DNA of 64,000 nt from Patescibacteria group bacterium. Its GTDB lineage: Bacteria; Patescibacteriota; Doudnabacteria; UBA920; O2-02-FULL-48-8. The translations under genes were made by a program, and so were the position numbers. The stretch's first letter is position 1, and every line of letters starts with the position of its first letter. Under the pieces are notes generated by a model. The model made no database searches. It had not been told where the DNA came from and worked only from the letters and a program-made list of their open reading frames with translations. Shown piece after piece: positions 59,515 to 64,000 of the stretch. Location: contig DASWFI010000007.1 of the NCBI GenBank assembly GCA_036394315.1, positions 3,984 to 67,983 of the forward strand. The letters are read 5' to 3'.

Positions 59515-61206
59515 TTACATCTCTTCCAAAGCTTCAATCCCTAGTAAATCCAAACCTCGGCTTAGAGCTTTTTTGGCACTAAAAACAAGCGCGATTCGAT
59601 AATTTTTCACTGCTTCATCCGGCTCCTGCGTTACCGGGCTTTCGTGATAAAATCGATTTAGCAAAGTTGCGAAGTTATAAAGATAATTGGCCAACACATT
59701 CGGCAAATAATCTTCAAGGCTATCTGCCACTATTTCGGGAAGGATGGCGGTTTGAAAAAGAATTTGCCTCTCCGTGAGGCTCATGACTATTGTCCCCTGT
59801 AACCTGTCCCCTATAACATGATTTCCCGCCTTCCTAAGAATGCTGGCTAGGCGCGCATGCGTGTACTGCAAATAAGGCCCGCTGTTGCCTTCGAAATCCA
59901 AAGCTTTGTCCCAATCAAACTCAATGTCACTATGACGGTTATGGGAAAGTATGAAATACTTGATAGCTGCCTGGGCCACGGCTGGAATGACATAATCCGC
60001 ATCACTAAGATTGGGATTTTTTTCCGCGATGATCTTCTCCACTTTTTCTTTGGCTTGAGCAATAACGTCTTCAGCTAAAACCATGTTGCCTTTCCTGCTG
60101 GACAAGGCCTCACCTTTAAAACTCATAAAACCATAATCGATGTGCACGGCTTCCTCATCGTGCATGTAGCCAAGCAGTTTTAAGATGGCGAACAATTGTT
60201 TGAACGCGTGTGCTTGCCGCACATCCACCACATAAAGCTGCTTATTGAAGCCAAGTGATTTTCTATAAACAAAAGTTGCAAGGTCGCGCAGCAAATAAGT
60301 AGTGCCTCCGTCGGATTTTACAATCAAGGCAATTCCTAATCCCTGGCTTTCTAAATCTACAATCTGCGCTCCTTGAGATTCCTTCAATAAACCTCTGCCC
60401 TTAAGATCCATGAGGATTGCGGGCATTTTGTCCTGATAAAAACTTTCCGGCCAGTGATGATCGAAAAGTTGAATATTCATCAGCTCGTTAATCTTCAAAT
60501 GTTTTTCGAGACTCCAATCCACAAACTTTTTCCAGATTGCCCTGTTTTCGGAATCACCTTTTTCCAATTTCACAAACTCCTCCTTGGCTTCTTCGTGAAG
60601 CGTTGGATGCTTGGTAATCTCTTCGTTTATCTTTACATAAAGCTTGTTCAGTTCGTTAATCGGATCGGATTCTACGATGCCTTCATTGCCATATTTTTTG
60701 TAAGCTAAAAGCAGCTGGCCAAATTGCGTTCCCCAATCCCCCATGTGAGTATCGGATTCTACTTGGTGACCCAAATATTTTAACTGGCGATAAATAGTAT
60801 CGCCGATGACTGCTGTTTCCAAATGGCCTAAATGCAAAGGCTTGGCCACATTGGGCTGAAAATATTCCACTAGAATTTTTTCAGGCTTTGTTATCTGTTC
60901 ACTGCTATCTATTATCTTACTTACGAGTGCCTCGGGTTTGAGTCTGAAATTAATAAACCCAGGGCCCGCGACTTCTACCTTTTCAAAATCACTGACATTC
61001 ATTTTAGCGATAAGCTGGGTTGCCAGTTCCACTGGCTTCATCTTGGCTTCTTTTGCCAAAATCAAAGCCGCATTCGTCGCATAGTCCCCGATTTTGGCAT
61101 CTGGATATGTGACAGTAATTTTTGATTTCAGTTCATCTGAAATCAAAACACCTGTCGCCTCTGCTGCTTCTATCACTAATTGTTGGATTTCTTTCTTCAT
61201 TAGCAT
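59515..61206 (-). CDS. argS: Arginine--tRNA ligase
   Basis: GDYATN, AGPGFINF, PNVAKPLHLGH, GDWGTQFG, GNSGPYLQYTHAR, LEEM. Confidence 0.98.
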   Translation of the reverse strand: MLMKKEIQQLVIEAAEATGVLISDELKSKITVTYPDAKIGDYATNAALILAKEAKMKPVELATQLIAKMNVSDFEKVEVAGPGFINFRLKPEALVSKIIDSSEQITKPEKILVEYFQPNVAKPLHLGHLETAVIGDTIYRQLKYLGHQVESDTHMGDWGTQFGQLLLAYKKYGNEGIVESDPINELNKLYVKINEEITKHPTLHEEAKEEFVKLEKGDSENRAIWKKFVDWSLEKHLKINELMNIQLFDHHWPESFYQDKMPAILMDLKGRGLLKESQGAQIVDLESQGLGIALIVKSDGGTTYLLRDLATFVYRKSLGFNKQLYVVDVRQAHAFKQLFAILKLLGYMHDEEAVHIDYGFMSFKGEALSSRKGNMVLAEDVIAQAKEKVEKIIAEKNPNLSDADYVIPAVAQAAIKYFILSHNRHSDIEFDWDKALDFEGNSGPYLQYTHARLASILRKAGNHVIGDRLQGTIVMSLTERQILFQTAILPEIVADSLEDYLPNVLANYLYNFATLLNRFYHESPVTQEPDEAVKNYRIALVFSAKKALSRGLDLLGIEALEEM

Positions 61207-61242
61207 ATGACTATTTTATCAGATATAATAACCTAGAACAAT

Positions 61243-61514
61243 AAAAAAGAGCAGGGCAAAAAGTCCTACTCGACAACACATTTTCCCCCATGGAATTCAA
61301 CTGTGGTTTGCCCCAAGCGTAGAAGCCCGTTGACATAGAGTACTGGTTTACATCAGCAACCCTTTAAACCAGTAAAGGACTGATGTTTACTCTTGAATGC
61401 TGGCGATCTTGGAGTCCTGTCCCACTGCTAGGATGGTCGAACGATCTACCAATACGTCGCGTGATATCGCAGATATGGCGTTCTCCGCACCACACTCTGG
61501 ACCAAACCACAGTC
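61243..61514 (-). ncRNA. Candidate ~270-nt structured non-coding RNA of unknown family
   Basis: TTGCAA-17-TATAAT promoter; 5' ACTGTGGTTTG pairs perfectly with CAAACCACAGT about 200 nt later; terminator GAGTAGGAC/GCCCTGCTC + U6. Confidence 0.6.
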
Positions 61515-61532
61515 AGCATATTATAAATAGTT

Positions 61533-61982
61533 ATGACTAGTCTTGCAAATAATCGAAAAGCGCTGCACAACTATTCCATCGAAGATCAGATCGAGGCGGG
61601 TTTGGTATTGGCAGGGCACGAAGTCAAAAGCATCAGAAACGGCCAGGCCAGTTTGGATGGAGCGTACGTCACGATCCGAAACGGCGAGGCTTTCTTGCGC
61701 AACGCTTACATCGGTAAATACAAGCAAGCAGCAAACCTGGAAGGTTACGATGAGTCCAGAGAACGGAAATTGTTATTGCACAAAAATGAACTATTGCGAC
61801 TTCAATCAAAGACCAAAGAAAAAGGTCTAACATTAGTCCCTTTGCAGATCTACACTTCCAAGCGGCGCCTTAAACTCAAAATTGGTCTCGGACGTGGAAA
61901 GAAACAATACGACAAACGCGAATCAATTAAGAAAAAAGAAACAAAAAGAAGTCTGGACAGAACTATCCGAACCAGAGTATAA
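61533..61982 (+). CDS. smpB: SsrA-binding protein
   Basis: NRKALHNY, EAGLVLAGHEVKSIR, RKLLLH, GKKQYDKRE. Confidence 0.98.
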   Translation: MTSLANNRKALHNYSIEDQIEAGLVLAGHEVKSIRNGQASLDGAYVTIRNGEAFLRNAYIGKYKQAANLEGYDESRERKLLLHKNELLRLQSKTKEKGLTLVPLQIYTSKRRLKLKIGLGRGKKQYDKRESIKKKETKRSLDRTIRTRV

Positions 61983-62012
61983 AAAAGAACCGCGACCTCG
62001 ATGGCGGCGGTT

Positions 62013-62339
62013 TTAGTTATGCGGCTTGAAATAGTAGTTCCTCGTATGGTGGTAGAGCAACTCGGTCTTCCAGAGCCAAGCCTCGGCTTCCAGCCAGTCT
62101 TGTTCAGGACTACTCATGATCCCAACGTCACATCTTCTCTCGGAGATGACATGCGCCAGACTCGCAATACTCGCTCTCGATGGAGCCATATCACGCTCCG
62201 CAGCGATCCAGTCCCCTTCGGGCGTGCCCTCGATTTCATGAGCTTCGCGATGGCGCGAATTAGACCAGGCGCGATGCCTGATCACATCCCGACGAACTTC
62301 AGTCAATCTGCGAATCTGTTCCGCGTCCAATGGAAACAT
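62013..62339 (-). CDS. Protein with two DUF2934-like units
   Basis: IRHRAW...GTPEGDWIAAER and SPEQDWLEAEAWL; GGAGGT upstream; terminator at 61981-62014. Confidence 0.55.
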   Translation of the reverse strand: MFPLDAEQIRRLTEVRRDVIRHRAWSNSRHREAHEIEGTPEGDWIAAERDMAPSRASIASLAHVISERRCDVGIMSSPEQDWLEAEAWLWKTELLYHHTRNYYFKPHN

Positions 62340-62446
62340 GCCATACCTCCTCGAGATTGTGTGTGCCTATCATACAACATTAACCCTTGCCAAACAAGTC
62401 TTTTTTTGATAGAATTGATTGACCTCAAAAGAGGTCGCAAAAACAC

Positions 62447-62827
62447 GGGGCTGAATTGATTCGACAGGTGTTCCTTCAAAATCACAGCAAGTCCGATTAG
62501 CCTAATCTCTCGGTTAAAAAGAAAAGGTAAATCATAAATGCCAAAAATTTGGTAAGCAGATTCGTGAATGCTTTTGCATTCTCACCTGCTATGGTTGCTG
62601 CTTAATTAAGTAACAACCCATCAGCCTTTCGGTGTTCTTCCGAAAGTACCTGGTGTTATATTAAGAACTTACTTTGATCGGTACTCGACGATCAAAAGGA
62701 CATTTAGAGCAACCTTAAACTGTTTTCGTTTCGCTTCTATAGTTTAAGATAAACAAGCGAAACTAAACTTGTAGAAGTGGCTTTGAAAAACTCTTGGACG
62801 GGAGTTCACTGCTCCCCAGCTCCACCA
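62447..62827 (+). ncRNA. ssrA: tmRNA
   Basis: 5' GGGGCTGAATTGATTCGAC; 3' GGGAG-TTCACTG-CTCCC CAGCTCCACCA; G3.U; tag ORF 62540-62605 AKNLVSRFVNAFAFSPAMVAA*; near smpB. Confidence 0.95.
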
Positions 62828-62886
62828 GTTGACTTTTAGGTCAAAAGTCATTATAATTTGAATGGTTAAAAATTAAAGTAACTACA

Positions 62887-63402
62887 ATAGCACTAAGAAA
62901 CAGGCTCAACAATCAAATACGCGTTCCTGAAGTCCGGGTCATTGATTCTGACGGAAAAATGATTGGAATTATGAAAACAGAAGAAGCCCTGGCTTTGGCA
63001 CGCGAAAAAGAAGTTGATTTGGTGGAAATCTCTCCGCAAGCCAAACCGCCGGTGGTAAAACTGCTCAATTACGACAAGTACCGCTATCAGCAGGAAAAAC
63101 AGGCCCAGGAAGCCAGGAAGAAAGTAAAGAAAGTCACAGTCAAAGGCATCCGCCTCTCGGTCCGTATTGGCGAGCACGATCTTAATTTTAAATCCAAAAA
63201 AACCACGGAATTCATAACCGAAGGCAACAAAGTAAAAGTGGATGTGGTCATGCGCGGCCGTGAACAAGCCCATCCCGAACTGGCATTTGATCTAATCAAA
63301 AAATTCCAAACATTAATCAGCGTCCCCTTTGTAAAAGAAACCGGCCCGACTAAAATGGGCAATACCGTTTCGATCATAGTGGGCCCTCAAGCTAAACAAT
63401 AA
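62887..63402 (+). CDS. infC: Translation initiation factor IF-3 (non-AUG start)
   Basis: The frame extends upstream of ATG 62959 (RLNNQIRVPEVRVID) with no ATG/GTG/TTG; start ATA 62887 or ATT 62872; DLVEISP, RGRE. Confidence 0.95.
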   Translation: MALRNRLNNQIRVPEVRVIDSDGKMIGIMKTEEALALAREKEVDLVEISPQAKPPVVKLLNYDKYRYQQEKQAQEARKKVKKVTVKGIRLSVRIGEHDLNFKSKKTTEFITEGNKVKVDVVMRGREQAHPELAFDLIKKFQTLISVPFVKETGPTKMGNTVSIIVGPQAKQ

Positions 63403-63403
63403 T

Positions 63404-63595
63404 ATGCCTAAGCAGAAGACAAATAAGCGGGTAGCCAAAACTTTCTGGAAAACAGGTTCCGGCAAGCTTATGCGCCGCAAATCCGGTCAAGCTCATTTTA
63501 ACGCCCGTGAATCCGGAAAAACTACGAAGAGCAAACGACGTGATTTAACAATGCATAAAACCAATCTTAAGATCGGTGAATTAATCCGAGGATAA
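63404..63595 (+). CDS. rpmI: 50S ribosomal protein L35
   Basis: MPKQKTNKRVAK..TGSGK; between infC and rplT. Confidence 0.93.
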   Translation: MPKQKTNKRVAKTFWKTGSGKLMRRKSGQAHFNARESGKTTKSKRRDLTMHKTNLKIGELIRG

Positions 63596-63598
63596 TTT

Positions 63599-63943
63599 AT
63601 GACGAGAATAAAACGCGGAGTTGCCGCGCACAAACGAAGAAAATACGTTTTAAAAAGAACCAAGGGCTTTACCAACCGCAGAAGCACCAACGCCATAGCG
63701 GCTAAAGAAGCTCTGCTTCACGCGGATTCTTACGCTTACGGCCATCGCCGCCTGCGCAAGCGCGATTTCAAAAAACTCTGGACTATCAGAATTAATGCCG
63801 CGTCCCGAGAACAAGGCGTTAAATTTTCCACACTCATGGGTAATATGCGCAAGCAAAAAATCGGTCTGAACAAGAAAATGCTCGCAGAATTGGCAGTGCG
63901 CAACCCGAAAGCTTTCGAATCAATCGTTGCTTCAGTTAAATAA
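63599..63943 (+). CDS. rplT: 50S ribosomal protein L20
   Basis: MTRIKRG, RKRDFKKLWTIRINAA, LNKKMLAELAV. Confidence 0.98.
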   Translation: MTRIKRGVAAHKRRKYVLKRTKGFTNRRSTNAIAAKEALLHADSYAYGHRRLRKRDFKKLWTIRINAASREQGVKFSTLMGNMRKQKIGLNKKMLAELAVRNPKAFESIVASVK

Positions 63944-64000
63944 ATGCCCGAAAGCAAACTAAGAGCCATTTCACATGGCTCTTTAATTATAGATAAAATT

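Noticed and set aside
61243-61514. Arg T-box for argS, or the 68-aa ORF 61364-61570
   Set aside because: No T-box UGGNACC motif before the terminator; the ORF overlaps smpB and its internal ATG abuts the -10 box

Overview
Chromosomal window from a small-genome bacterium that looks like Patescibacteria/CPR (inferred from the T4SS-type pilin, the PrgI/VirB4/VirB6 cluster, tRNA-Arg(GCG), frequent near-leaderless starts and the absence of biosynthetic genes). Most of it is housekeeping: rpsB-tsf, rpmE-prfA-prmC, rplY, rodA, dnaE, thrS, miaA, gatCAB, lemA-htpX, recX, clpC, ECF sigma/anti-sigma, recG, rsmA, pcrA, recO, ileS, argS, smpB, ssrA, infC-rpmI-rplT. It also holds a two-component cluster and a T4SS-like cluster. 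The most notable signals are non-coding: (1) a 185-nt group I intron with a complete core splitting the tRNA-Tyr anticodon at 35/36; (2) a DUF3800 gene with a convergent small structured RNA that has its own promoter and terminator, next to tRNA-Ser; (3) an unassigned ~270-nt structured RNA between argS and smpB; (4) a two-ORF islet with a highly structured 3' RNA; (5) two ultrashort T-box riboswitches; (6) two related ~180-nt palindromic elements upstream of ribosomal protein genes; (7) degenerate 7-bp periodic repeats that also enter coding sequences. No CRISPR array, integrase or transposase was seen. All family calls come from motif recognition by eye, not from database searches.
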